Assembly: GCA_963662285.2 (NCBI GenBank)
Contig: CAXXMV010000005.1
Span: 1 to 30,132 of the forward strand
From: a bacterium
Lineage (GTDB): Bacteria > Hinthialibacterota > Hinthialibacteria > Hinthialibacterales > Hinthialibacteraceae
Direction: 5' to 3'
DNA: 30,132 nucleotides
Made by a program: the position numbers and the translations under genes. The notes under the pieces are model-generated. The model did no database searches, was not told the DNA's origin, and saw nothing but the letters and a program-made list of their open reading frames with translations. The number at the start of each line of letters is the position of its first letter. Position 1 is the stretch's first letter. This document shows positions 1-9,295 of this stretch, piece by piece.

Positions 1-1
1 A

Positions 2-367
2 TTAGGAACTGATGTCATTCATCATCACCCGGAAGCTTCGGGTGAGGCATTGGGCAAGACCTCAATGAATGATTTCCATAAGATATGTGAAGTGATTGCG
101 GGACTAGGTGATGGAGGCGTTGTGATGAATTTTGGATCCAATGTAGTCTTGCCTGAGGTGTTTCTCAAAGCGCTGACGGTAGCACGCAACCTGGAAGGTC
201 CGATTCATAATTTCACCACAGCAAATTTCGATATGATTCAACATTACCGGCCAAATACTAATGTGGTAAAACGCCCTACAATGGGAGGAGGAGATGGCTA
301 TACATTCACGGGTCACCATGAAATAATGTTGCCGTTATTATTTATGGCGGTTTTTGAAAAAGAGTGA
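2..367 (+). CDS. 5'-truncated conserved hypothetical protein, deoxyhypusine-synthase-like fold (C-terminal part)
   Basis: The frame is open from base 2 (LGTDVIHHHPEASGEALGKTS...). Motifs GSNVVLPEVFLKALTVARNL, FDMIQHYRP..NVVKRP and GHHEIMLPLL recall a conserved bacterial DHS-like family. Confidence 0.6.
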   Translation, partial: LGTDVIHHHPEASGEALGKTSMNDFHKICEVIAGLGDGGVVMNFGSNVVLPEVFLKALTVARNLEGPIHNFTTANFDMIQHYRPNTNVVKRPTMGGGDGYTFTGHHEIMLPLLFMAVFEKE

Positions 368-621
368 AGCAGAAATATCTATTGAAACACTTGATCTTAA
401 TGATTTGTTTCGAGATACTGAGACGGAGAATTTAATGTCTGACGTGAGGATTGGCTTTTGATGATAGAAAATTCTCCTTTTCAGTGAATAATATTATATT
501 AGCATACAATATATACAAAACAGTTGATTAATAGTATTTATTGGAGACTGGTATTTAAATGATAACTTTTAAGTAATTCCGAGTACAATCTAATTATCAC
601 ATCTTTGTTAATAGGTGCAGT

Positions 622-991
622 ATGGCAATCTGGCATGAAAATAAAAATGATTGTTTCGTAATTCATGTAGACGAAAACGGATCTAACAGAAGAGATAATA
701 GACCGAATGCGCCAAGTGTTGACGGTTGCATTTCTGAGTCGGCAATACAATTCTATCCTGGAACTTAGCGCATGTTTGATGATCGATTCATATTTTATCG
801 GTCTATTGATCAGTACTTATAGAGAAGTTAAGGAACTAGGCGGCAATTTGAAGTGCGTTGGGGTAAGCGGTCAAGTATCTCATGCTTTCGAAGTGATTCG
901 ATTAAATCAAGTCATTGATGTTTGTGAAACGATTGATGAAGCGATTGCGCTATTTGTTGAACAGGAAAAGTCTCCTTCCAAAGGAAATTGA
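622..991 (+). CDS. STAS-domain anti-sigma factor antagonist, with one apparent +1 frameshift near 674-677
   Basis: ATG 622 follows AGGTG. Removing one A from AAAA 674-677 gives MAIWHENKNDCFVIHVDETDLTEEIIDRMRQVL..., which joins ORF 707..991. That ORF has the STAS motif IDSYFIGLL and ends FEVIRLNQVIDVCETIDEA. Confidence 0.75.
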
Positions 992-1033
992 TTCTGTACA
1001 ACATCCTTCATTCACAATATAAGATAACCCTGC

Positions 1034-2712
1034 TTAATTTAAAGGTTCTATTTCATATAAGACAATTTTGGGATTTGGATCCGCAAAAGTTTTTATGTGT
1101 TTGAGGCCTTCTCTAGAATAATCATCTGCAAGAAGAAAAATATATTCCGGCATATAGGGCAGCGTCATCCTTTCATCCACAATTAAGTACTTGACGCCCG
1201 TTTCCCGGCACCACTTTATCAAGCGCGACAGGCGTTCCTGCTCCGACAGAGAAATATCCAAGCTCGGTGTTCTTTTATGGCATCCTTCGGCATAGAAACT
1301 GACCCAGGGATTGCGATGGGTAATGCGGGTAGTCGGGGTTATAGAGAGTTTTTGCTGCATCCAGCAACCCATTTTTTTATGTTCATAGGGGAGGTCGGCA
1401 GTAAATACTTTTCTGGCCATATTGATCATGCGGGGAGTGATCAAAGGAGTCGTTAATATGGATGGAATTAAAAACCGCAGGCAGAACGAAGACAAGAATA
1501 TTGCGTTTGGAGATAGATTGCAAGCAACTAAAAAACCACTCCAATGCTCCTGGCGTAGGCCAGAGCAAAAAAGGGGATGAAGGTAAGAATAAATCGTTGA
1601 TCAATGTAAAAGAGAGAAAACAATATAATGGGAGAGGTGTGTAATATTAAAAAAAGCGATTTGAGATTTATAATCCTGCCACGCATAATCCAGAGCAGTA
1701 TGCCAAACAAAGGAATGGTAAGCCAGCTAAAAACCAATCCATGGCGATGAAGCAATCTATTCCAATTCCATAATATCCGGTCAATCGCCTGGTGGGGATG
1801 ATTGATCAAGAAGGCGCCAAGGGTATCCTTGGCCTGGTCTATGGTGAAAGATTTCCCATCATCAGAGAGGCGGGAGGCCTGCCGGGTTTCTCCCTGAGGA
1901 CTGCCATCATTCATTTTCATACGGGAGAATTCGAGCAGAATGGCGGTTTTGGTGGATAATTGCCATTGACCGGTTTGGTCGGCGATTAATTTGAGGTAAG
2001 GAAACATGACGCTGATGAAGATTATCGCTGCAAGAGAGCCGCGTATTAGAGCGTGAATGGAGAAAAGGCGGGATGAATGCCATAGGGCGACTGCGATGAA
2101 AATAGCTTGTAGAGGCCAATATACGACGCCGTCAGCGCGAATCAGGTAGGCGTAACCGCCTAATGCGCCCCACAGAGACCATAGCCAGACCGGGGATTTC
2201 TTTTGAATGGCGATTTTCCATGCGCAATAAGATGAGGCAAGAACAATGAAGGTGAAGAGCGATTCAGACATTACGTAACTGGCATAGAGAAGAAAGTAGG
2301 GATGAAGAATAACTATAGTGATTGCAGATATGGTAAAGACCGGTGAAGGGCGCATCATCCAGGCCAGGCGGGCAGTGATGATAATTGATCCCATATAAGC
2401 GAGAAATGAGACCAAGTGCGCCGCGAATTCAGCGTTATGCAATACGAAATATAAAGCCGCTATAGCGAGTGGGTAGCCCGGTGGATAGAAGAGATGAGTC
2501 CCGCCGCAATAACGAAGTCCCAAGCCGCTGGCCAGGTTTTTGCCCAGGGTTGCGTAAACGGTTCCATCGGTAAAAATGAAATAGCGGCTCCAAACCGAAA
2601 AAAGTCCAAGGAAAAATCCAACCGCGACTAATAATCTAATGGTTTGAATCAACCAGTCAGGTTGGGAAGGGGCGATTTCAGTTTCTATGGAATGAGCATC
2701 GATGTTTTTCAC
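1034..2712 (-). CDS. GT-C fold membrane glycosyltransferase (ArnT/PMT_2-like), split by frameshift(s) at about 1470-1550
   Basis: ORF 1528..2712 has many TM segments, TDGTVY after TM1, YPPGYP, MSESLF, LIRADG and DQRFIL. ORF 1034..1495 supplies the typical soluble tail (EHKKMGCWM...VSFYAEG...KYLIVDER). The GTG start overlaps the upstream TGA (GTGA 2709-2712). Confidence 0.75.
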
Positions 2713-4544
2713 TTAACATCCTGTTTTAAATGTTTAACATTTGCAATATCCCAAACGGGAGCGAAATTAATCCACCACTCTCCCGGATCGACTCTGAGAA
2801 AAAGTTTTGAACCAAGCATGACAGGGCTATTTAACGTCGGGAGGTCTTTTTCGGATTTCGAAACATTATAATAAAACACATTTTCACTACGGGGAACATC
2901 TCCCGTAGGTAATTTGCCATACCAATAGCATGTGAAATGGCACATGGTTCTGCTGCCGACCTCAATATCCGGCGCACTGAATTTTATGGGACATCCGATT
3001 TCTTGAATCATCATAATTGAAGACCTGAAGGGGATATCATCCAGTAGATGAAAACGGTACATATTGAATCCGGTGCGAAAGGCGCCGCTGGCTTCTGAAA
3101 TAGCAACTTTACTGGTGCAACCATGAGTCGGGAACATAAAGAAACGAGTTGTGGCAAGGCGATTGTCGGCATTAAAATAATTATCCATCCCCGTGCCGGA
3201 CCAGAAGGGGATCTGTTGACCGTCAGTATAGAAATACTCATCACCTTCCAGAATAAAAAATTTATCCTTCATCGGATCAGAATAAGCAATCATATTTAAT
3301 CCGACAAAATTACCGCTTCCAGCAAATTCCATTAATGGATAAAGACTCCCATTGAAAAAGGGGCGTTGATTGGAGCGGACATATAAATGCAGGGGATCGT
3401 CGGTAATTTTTTTCAAATTGATATCGATATGGTATTTCAGGTTCAGATTAACAGGTTTGTCGTTGCGGTTTTTCAAAAAGATTTGCGCTTTATCCTTGAA
3501 GGGCATATAGAATTGGCTGTAGAGAGTGTTAAGTTTTTGTATATACCCAAGCGGTAATGAAAACCAATTCTGGTTGCAATCTATATTGCAGAAAAATTCC
3601 CGTAGAGTACATTGGACGCTGGGGATATTCAAACCATCCCAGTAGATCGTCATTTCGATATTATTTAAGATACTCATACTGAGATTCGGGATTTGAAATT
3701 CAAGATAATCGATAGCGGCGGGGCCGGGGAGATTGGCAATCAATTCCGTAGAATCCGGCTGTAAAGTGATGTTGGCTTCCATTTTGTCTTTGTTCATGAA
3801 GCGCTCATACCCAACGGTTTTGAAAAAATCATCGGTGCGAGACAAGGCGTCAATCAGGCGTTGATCGGGAACTTTGGGATAAGTTATTACTTTTTCGGAA
3901 GGAGGTAGTTTGAGAATATTAACCTGATATTTGAATCCGGGATCAGTTGCATCGGTCATGATGGTGCATTGTTTGGCGAATGGAAAAGGAAAGTATGATA
4001 CTTGCCCGCAACTGGTATCGGTTACTGAATGGACCAGCATGGAAGCGGATTTCTTATACCAGCCAGTGAATAATTGATCGACACTTAAATCGATGCGTGG
4101 ATCTTGCTCATTATCAAAGTAGAACCGCAGGCGTCCTTTGGCTTTTTCGGAGAACCAGAGGCGCGTTATGCAGCCCGGTCCTTTTTCGTCTATCAGGACG
4201 CTCCATTCCTTGTCGTCCATAGTGTATTTATTGGGATGGAAGAAATCGGCGTCTTCAGGGCCATCGACCTGATTATGGCTGGATCGCATGATGGAATAAT
4301 CATAGGGCCGGGAACGCGCCCAACGCGACATATCGGCTATATTATCGACAAAATAAGCAGCGTCTTTGCCATCGATGTTATCATTTTTTATCGTTGCAAC
4401 CTTAGTGGGCGTCGCTTTAACCATGTCGGGTGGAGGAGGAGACTGGCAAGCGCTATTCAAGAATAGAACGGCTAGTAACAAAAACGGTAAATAGAGATGG
4501 TTGAAATTATTCCGGCGATGAATAAATGGTTGGGTCGGTAACAT
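2709..4544 (-). CDS. DUF2961 / GH172-like predicted lipoprotein
   Basis: Duplicated GPGCITRLW and GPAAIDYL motifs, YFPFPFAK and [13 protein letters not shown]...[23 protein letters not shown]. The likely start is ATG 4544, giving HRR plus a hydrophobic stretch plus LNSAC (lipobox-like). The track ORF starts at 4664, deep inside queC. Confidence 0.75.
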   Translation of the reverse strand: MLPTQPFIHRRNNFNHLYLPFLLLAVLFLNSACQSPPPPDMVKATPTKVATIKNDNIDGKDAAYFVDNIADMSRWARSRPYDYSIMRSSHNQVDGPEDADFFHPNKYTMDDKEWSVLIDEKGPGCITRLWFSEKAKGRLRFYFDNEQDPRIDLSVDQLFTGWYKKSASMLVHSVTDTSCGQVSYFPFPFAKQCTIMTDATDPGFKYQVNILKLPPSEKVITYPKVPDQRLIDALSRTDDFFKTVGYERFMNKDKMEANITLQPDSTELIANLPGPAAIDYLEFQIPNLSMSILNNIEMTIYWDGLNIPSVQCTLREFFCNIDCNQNWFSLPLGYIQKLNTLYSQFYMPFKDKAQIFLKNRNDKPVNLNLKYHIDINLKKITDDPLHLYVRSNQRPFFNGSLYPLMEFAGSGNFVGLNMIAYSDPMKDKFFILEGDEYFYTDGQQIPFWSGTGMDNYFNADNRLATTRFFMFPTHGCTSKVAISEASGAFRTGFNMYRFHLLDDIPFRSSIMMIQEIGCPIKFSAPDIEVGSRTMCHFTCYWYGKLPTGDVPRSENVFYYNVSKSEKDLPTLNSPVMLGSKLFLRVDPGEWWINFAPVWDIANVKHLKQDVK

Positions 4545-5217
4545 TGGCTTCCTGGAATCCTTTTTTTCGTAAGAGGCAACTGTCGCAAAATCCGCAGGCT
4601 CTACCCTGCAGGTCCGGGTCGTAACAACTGTGGGTGTCGGCATAATTAACTCCAAGTGATGCACCGCGACGGATGATGTCCGCCTTGGTTAAAGAAATAA
4701 GCGGCGTATGAATTTTAATCGGTTGTCCTTCAACGCCAGTTTTGGTTCCTAAACGAGCCATCTCTTCATACTGTTTAATAAACGCATGGCGACAGTCCGG
4801 GTAACCACTATAATCAACAGCATTAACGCCGATGAAAATATCATAGCTTCGGGTTACTTCAGCAAAAGCCAAAGCATAGGATAAGAAGATGATATTACGA
4901 GCGGGGACGTATGTCACCGGGACGGCGTCAGTCATTTGATCCATTGACCTGTTTTTGGGGACATCGATAGCATCGGTCAAAGCAGACTGGCCAAAGATGC
5001 GTAAGTCGATATCAATGATGCGATGGTCTCGAATATCCATCGATTCAGCGATACGTTGAGCAGCGGTTATTTCGATATCATGCCTTTGGCCATAGCGGAA
5101 ACTGAGCGCCAGGCATTGAAAACCCTGATCCAGGGCAATGGCAAGCGCTGTAGTGGAATCCAATCCACCGCTGAGCAAGACAACGGCATTTGGTTTTGTT
5201 TGAGATTTTGTGTTCAT
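4507..5217 (-). CDS. queC: 7-cyano-7-deazaguanine synthase
   Basis: SGGLDS PP-loop, [31 protein letters not shown] zinc site. Confidence 0.97.
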   Translation of the reverse strand: MNTKSQTKPNAVVLLSGGLDSTTALAIALDQGFQCLALSFRYGQRHDIEITAAQRIAESMDIRDHRIIDIDLRIFGQSALTDAIDVPKNRSMDQMTDAVPVTYVPARNIIFLSYALAFAEVTRSYDIFIGVNAVDYSGYPDCRHAFIKQYEEMARLGTKTGVEGQPIKIHTPLISLTKADIIRRGASLGVNYADTHSCYDPDLQGRACGFCDSCLLRKKGFQEANVTDPTIYSSPE

Positions 5218-5403
5218 AATAATATCCGGATAATTTTATGAATTTACAGGCAGTATATTATACTAAAAATGCTGGATTGCTTATGATTATAATGTGAATT
5301 AGAAATTATTTGGTAGATCGGGAGAGGCTGCTTGTTTTCTGAAGTGGTTCTTTGATAGGTCGGTGAGGCGTGACTCATCCTATGCTTGGGCGGTTTTATT
5401 AGA

Positions 5404-6045
5404 TCAGACGCCTCTTTGGGTGGGCGACCAGATGTATTTATGCAGCTGAATTTGCATACGGACGGAGATTTTGTCTTGTAATATCCATTGCGCCAAGTCT
5501 TGGGGATTAACTTTGTTGAACAGGGGAGAGAAAAGTATGATGCATCTACCGAAAAGATCATGCTTACGACAGATATCTACCGACCAGTAAAAATCCTTGC
5601 GGGTTCCGATGACGAATTTAATTTCATCACGCGAAGTGAGGCATTCCAGATTACTCCAAAGATTGTGGTCTGACATACGTGACGAAGGCGTTTTGATATC
5701 CATGATTTTAATGACGGATGCGGGAAGAGAGGCAATCGGTTTTGATCCATTGGTTTCAATCAAGACGGTGGAACCGAGACCGAGAATTGTTTGGCAGAGT
5801 TGCGGCGTTTCCGTTTGATCCAGAGGTTCACCGCCAGTGATTTCAACCAGGTCAACGCCTAATTCCTGGACTCTTTTGAGGATAGATTCGATAGAGATTT
5901 CCTGTCCGGAATCCTCAGTTAGAGCATAGCCGGTATCACAATCGGCGCAGCGCAGAGAGCAGCCCGCCGTTCGAATGAAGGTACAGGGAAGCCCGGCATA
6001 AGTCGATTCACCCTGGATGCTGCGAAAAATTTCCGCGATTTTCAT
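5404..6045 (-). CDS. queE: 7-carboxy-7-deazaguanine synthase (radical SAM)
   Basis: EIFRSIQGES, FIRTAGCSLRCADCDT (CxxxCxxC), ITGGEP, IETNG, QLHKYIW. 4-bp overlap with queD. Confidence 0.95.
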   Translation of the reverse strand: MKIAEIFRSIQGESTYAGLPCTFIRTAGCSLRCADCDTGYALTEDSGQEISIESILKRVQELGVDLVEITGGEPLDQTETPQLCQTILGLGSTVLIETNGSKPIASLPASVIKIMDIKTPSSRMSDHNLWSNLECLTSRDEIKFVIGTRKDFYWSVDICRKHDLFGRCIILFSPLFNKVNPQDLAQWILQDKISVRMQIQLHKYIWSPTQRGV

Positions 6046-6419
6046 ACTAGGTCTTCCATATAAGATGCGTAGGCGTCAGGCGTTTCCCAAATCTTGACGC
6101 GGTAAAGCGACGATGCGGCATCGGGCATTACTTGCTTGATCTGATCAAAAAACCAACGGGATAGATTCTCTGAAGTCGGATTAATCTGGTCAAAAGGAGG
6201 TATGTCGTTAATATTTTTATGATCAATTATTTCGATAACTTTATCGAGCGCTGAACCAATATCAAAGAAGTCCACCAGAAGACCATCGTCATTTAGTTTT
6301 TCCGCTTGGAAAGCAAGCTCAATTTTCCAATTGTGTCCATGGATATTGGCGCATTTACCTTGATAGTCGCGCAGAAAGTGCGCAGAACAAAATTCTCTGG
6401 TTACGCAGACTTCATACAT
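6042..6419 (-). CDS. queD: 6-carboxy-5,6,7,8-tetrahydropterin synthase
   Basis: FCSAHFL..KCANIHGHNW, VDF, DHKNIN, NPTSENL, IWET. Confidence 0.95.
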   Translation of the reverse strand: MYEVCVTREFCSAHFLRDYQGKCANIHGHNWKIELAFQAEKLNDDGLLVDFFDIGSALDKVIEIIDHKNINDIPPFDQINPTSENLSRWFFDQIKQVMPDAASSLYRVKIWETPDAYASYMEDLV

Positions 6420-6588
6420 TGCTTCAATAACCGCCTATGGAGAGTTGTTAGAGACATCGCTAAAAGGATGTACTCTATTTTCTCTTCGCGACTGAGAGAT
6501 GGCAAGGGGGTATGTCTATGAAAAATTTGATAGATATATTGCATTGATTCCTTTCATTGAAGAGACGCCTCCCTTAAAATGGTGCATT

Positions 6589-8313
6589 ATGAATCGAGTA
6601 GAAATCCTAGGCGTTCAAATAGATAACCTTTCATGGGATCAGGCGTTAGAGCGCATCCGTGAGATGATGCGTAGCGGTGAACCGCATCAGGTTATCACCC
6701 CGGCCATTGAGCAGGTCATGCTGGCCCGGCGCGATGCGGAATTCCGTCGCGTGTTGGCGGACGCCGATCTGGTGGTGGCGGATGGTATGCAGGTGGTGTT
6801 TGCTTCTCGTCTGCATAAGACGCCGCTCAAAGCGAGAATAACCGGAGTTGATCTGGTTCCGGCGATTTGCAGAATCGCAGTGGAAGAGGATGCGTCGGTC
6901 TTCTTTTTCGGGGGAGAAGAAGGCATTGCGCAAGAAGCGGCTCAATGCCTGCATAAAGAGAATCCCGGTTTGAGAGTGGCGGGAACCTATTTTCCTCCAT
7001 TCGGATTTGAAAAGGATGCTGAAGAAAACCGTAAAGCGATTGAAGCGATAGAAAAAGCCAAGCCGCAGGTTTTGTTTGTAGCATTAGGATGCCCCAAGCA
7101 AGAGAAATGGATACGCCAAAACCGGGATCGACTGGGCGCCTCAGTTATGATCGGCATTGGCGGGGCGTTCAATATGATCACGGGCCGGGAGAAGCGGGCG
7201 CCTCAGTGGATGCAGCAATGCGGTATGGAAGGATTATACCGCCTGTTTTTGCGCCCCAAAACCGTATGGCGACGTATTGCCATAAGCGCCCCTAATTTCT
7301 TTTTGCTATTAATTGACCTGTTTACCTATCGAATGCAAAAAAGAGCCGCCAGGTGGGCGCGTCCTGTTATATTAGGCTTGATGGACGCTTTATTGACGCC
7401 GATGGCATTTTTGTTTTCCTGTTGGTTTTATTTCCGCAGCGGTATTTTCTCCAATAATGCAGATCCATTTGCAGAACATCAATCAATAATCAATATGCCA
7501 GCATATAGCGATCTACTGCTGGCGGTTTCTTTTTTAACCTTATTTTCGTTATGGTTTTATAAACTTTATGAACAGAATAAGTATCTAAACGGCGGCGCCT
7601 TGTTGATTCGTATTTTTAAATCATCATTGACGATTGTGTTTCTTTTGATTTGCTTCCAATTTATTTTCTTTAAGGGTCTGTTTAGAGAGTTGGATTTTTC
7701 GGGATATTCGCGCGCGGTTTTCGGCTTTTTCGGTATATTTTCTTTTGTTGCTCTATATTGCTGGAGATGGTTATTCTTTCAGTTTGAACGCTGGCTGCAC
7801 CGGCATGGGATCAATCTGGATCGCATAATTCTGGTTGGTTCATTGGAAAGCGCCGCCTGTGTGGCTCAATCTTTGAGCAGCCATCCCGAATGGGGCAATC
7901 AACCTTTGGGAGCTGTTTGCCCCAATGTCATTAACACAAGTAATATAAAAATCCCACTCACCCTAGACCTCTCCCAGAGGGAGAGGGGACAAGATGGTTA
8001 TCTGAATGACATTGCCATCAACCCTACCAAAATAGAGCCTAAGCAACACAATGAATTGGATTTGGGGAAAATATCTGATTTAAAACGCCTTTTACCCGCC
8101 AGGAAAGTGGATGAGGTGCTGATTGTCGACGCTAATCTGGCTATGGAAGATTTGCATGAGGTTGTTCGGTTGTGTCTTGAGTTTCACGTAAAGTTGAGCG
8201 TGATACCTTCCATCCATGAACTGCTGGGAGTCTCTTCTGAGATCAAACAGATGGGGGATTACCAGGTTATCACCGTAGCCCTGGACCAGTCGACGGGCCG
8301 TATGCTCGAATAA
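6589..8313 (+). CDS. WecG/TagA/CpsF glycosyltransferase fused to 4 TM helices and a CoA_binding_3-like domain
   Basis: N-terminal ILGVQID, VVADG, RITGVDL, ALGCPKQEKW, GIGGAF, RAPQWMQ..GMEGLYRL. Then four hydrophobic helices, YSRAVF, RIILVGS, VDEVLI and LSVIPS. The likely start is ATG 6589 (MNRVEILG); the track ORF starts at 6499. Confidence 0.85.
   Translation: MNRVEILGVQIDNLSWDQALERIREMMRSGEPHQVITPAIEQVMLARRDAEFRRVLADADLVVADGMQVVFASRLHKTPLKARITGVDLVPAICRIAVEEDASVFFFGGEEGIAQEAAQCLHKENPGLRVAGTYFPPFGFEKDAEENRKAIEAIEKAKPQVLFVALGCPKQEKWIRQNRDRLGASVMIGIGGAFNMITGREKRAPQWMQQCGMEGLYRLFLRPKTVWRRIAISAPNFFLLLIDLFTYRMQKRAARWARPVILGLMDALLTPMAFLFSCWFYFRSGIFSNNADPFAEHQSIINMPAYSDLLLAVSFLTLFSLWFYKLYEQNKYLNGGALLIRIFKSSLTIVFLLICFQFIFFKGLFRELDFSGYSRAVFGFFGIFSFVALYCWRWLFFQFERWLHRHGINLDRIILVGSLESAACVAQSLSSHPEWGNQPLGAVCPNVINTSNIKIPLTLDLSQRERGQDGYLNDIAINPTKIEPKQHNELDLGKISDLKRLLPARKVDEVLIVDANLAMEDLHEVVRLCLEFHVKLSVIPSIHELLGVSSEIKQMGDYQVITVALDQSTGRMLE
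7923..8014. repeat. Small MITE/BoxC-like element, copy 1, in frame inside the WecG fusion CDS
   Basis: Terminal inverted repeat CAATGTCATT (7923-7932) / AATGACATTG (8005-8014). Internal CTCACCCTAGACCTCTCCCAGAGGGAGAGGGG hairpin. 56/68 ungapped identity to 29403-29470 by manual count. Confidence 0.8.
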
Positions 8314-8323
8314 GAACATCATT

Positions 8324-9295
8324 ATGAATACTACTCTAACCATAGAAGAGAGCGTACGAATTACCAGTGAAAATACGGCTGACCTTTGGAATAAAGCTTT
8401 GGCGCAGGGTGAAAGTTATTCTATGTTTCAGACGCAACGATGGTCTGAGATATTAGAATCCGTTATTCCAGGAGCAAAGCCATATCATCGGCAACTGCGT
8501 TTTTCTGATGGTAAAGAAGCTGTTTTACCACTGATAGCGCTGCCAAAGAAATTCGGCGTTTACAAGTTAGAATCTTTGCCCTGGGGAACTTACGGCGGCT
8601 TGATTGGCGAAGAACCTTTTACGATAGATCATTTGAATGCTGCGGCCTCTTCATTATTATCATTACGTTATCCAGTGTGTAACATTACGCTATCGCCTGA
8701 CTCGTGTAAGGGAATTGCTAACAACAATAAAAACATGAGAGAAGCGCATACTCACCTTTTAGACCTGGAGCAAGGTTTTGATCATATCTGGTCTAATCAA
8801 GTTAAACCTCGAGAACGCGCTAAAATCAGAAACTCGCAGAAGAAAGGCGTTGTAATCTCGTGGGCGAACGATTGCAGCGCGGTGGATGCAATGAAGCAGC
8901 TTTATGAATCCGCTGTTATGCGCTGGGAGGGTGTGGAGACGATACCGCTTAATTTATTTGATGCATTGCTTGACATGGCGCCAGAGGAAGGACGCATCTG
9001 GCTGGCCCGGTATGAAGATAAAACAATCGCGGCTGATGTTGTTTTGTATGGCAAGGGAGAGGCGCAGTATTTCGCCGGAGCGAGAGATCCGGAATATTCA
9101 AATATAAATGCTCCTGTGTTTTTAATAAGTGAGATAATCAAAGATGCCTGCTTATGTGGATATAAAAATTTCAATTTCGGCGCCAGCAGCGGCTTGGAGG
9201 GAGTGCAGCGTTTCAAGGAATCCCTGGGTGGAAAAGAAACAACTTATTTCAAAGTAATATATCATCACCGATTATTAACAAAACTGGCTTATTAA
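8324..9295 (+). CDS. FemAB-like / GNAT (Acetyltransf_6, CelD/BcsL-like) acyltransferase
   Basis: SMFQTQRW, SLPWGTYGG, THLLDL, RAKIRNSQKKGV, FNFGASSGLEGVQRFKESLGG. Starts 10 bp after the WecG fusion gene. Confidence 0.85.
   Translation: MNTTLTIEESVRITSENTADLWNKALAQGESYSMFQTQRWSEILESVIPGAKPYHRQLRFSDGKEAVLPLIALPKKFGVYKLESLPWGTYGGLIGEEPFTIDHLNAAASSLLSLRYPVCNITLSPDSCKGIANNNKNMREAHTHLLDLEQGFDHIWSNQVKPRERAKIRNSQKKGVVISWANDCSAVDAMKQLYESAVMRWEGVETIPLNLFDALLDMAPEEGRIWLARYEDKTIAADVVLYGKGEAQYFAGARDPEYSNINAPVFLISEIIKDACLCGYKNFNFGASSGLEGVQRFKESLGGKETTYFKVIYHHRLLTKLAY

Noticed and set aside
363-461. Open alternative frame (SEAEISIETLDL...VRIGF*) that could extend the first gene if A5 at 357-361 has an extra base
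   Set aside because: The family motif appears to end normally at GHHEIMLPLL, and there is no independent support.
4545-4664. Extended N-terminus of the DUF2961 ORF as given in the track
   Set aside because: It lies within queC and would bury the lipoprotein signal; ATG 4544 is more plausible.
5244-5561. 105-aa ORF spanning the queE-queC gap
   Set aside because: It overlaps queE out of frame and has no recognisable features.
4507-6419. queCDE as a dpd DNA-modification or QatABCD defence island
   Set aside because: No dpdA/tgt-like, ATPase, TatD or nuclease genes in the window; the proteins look like canonical Que enzymes.
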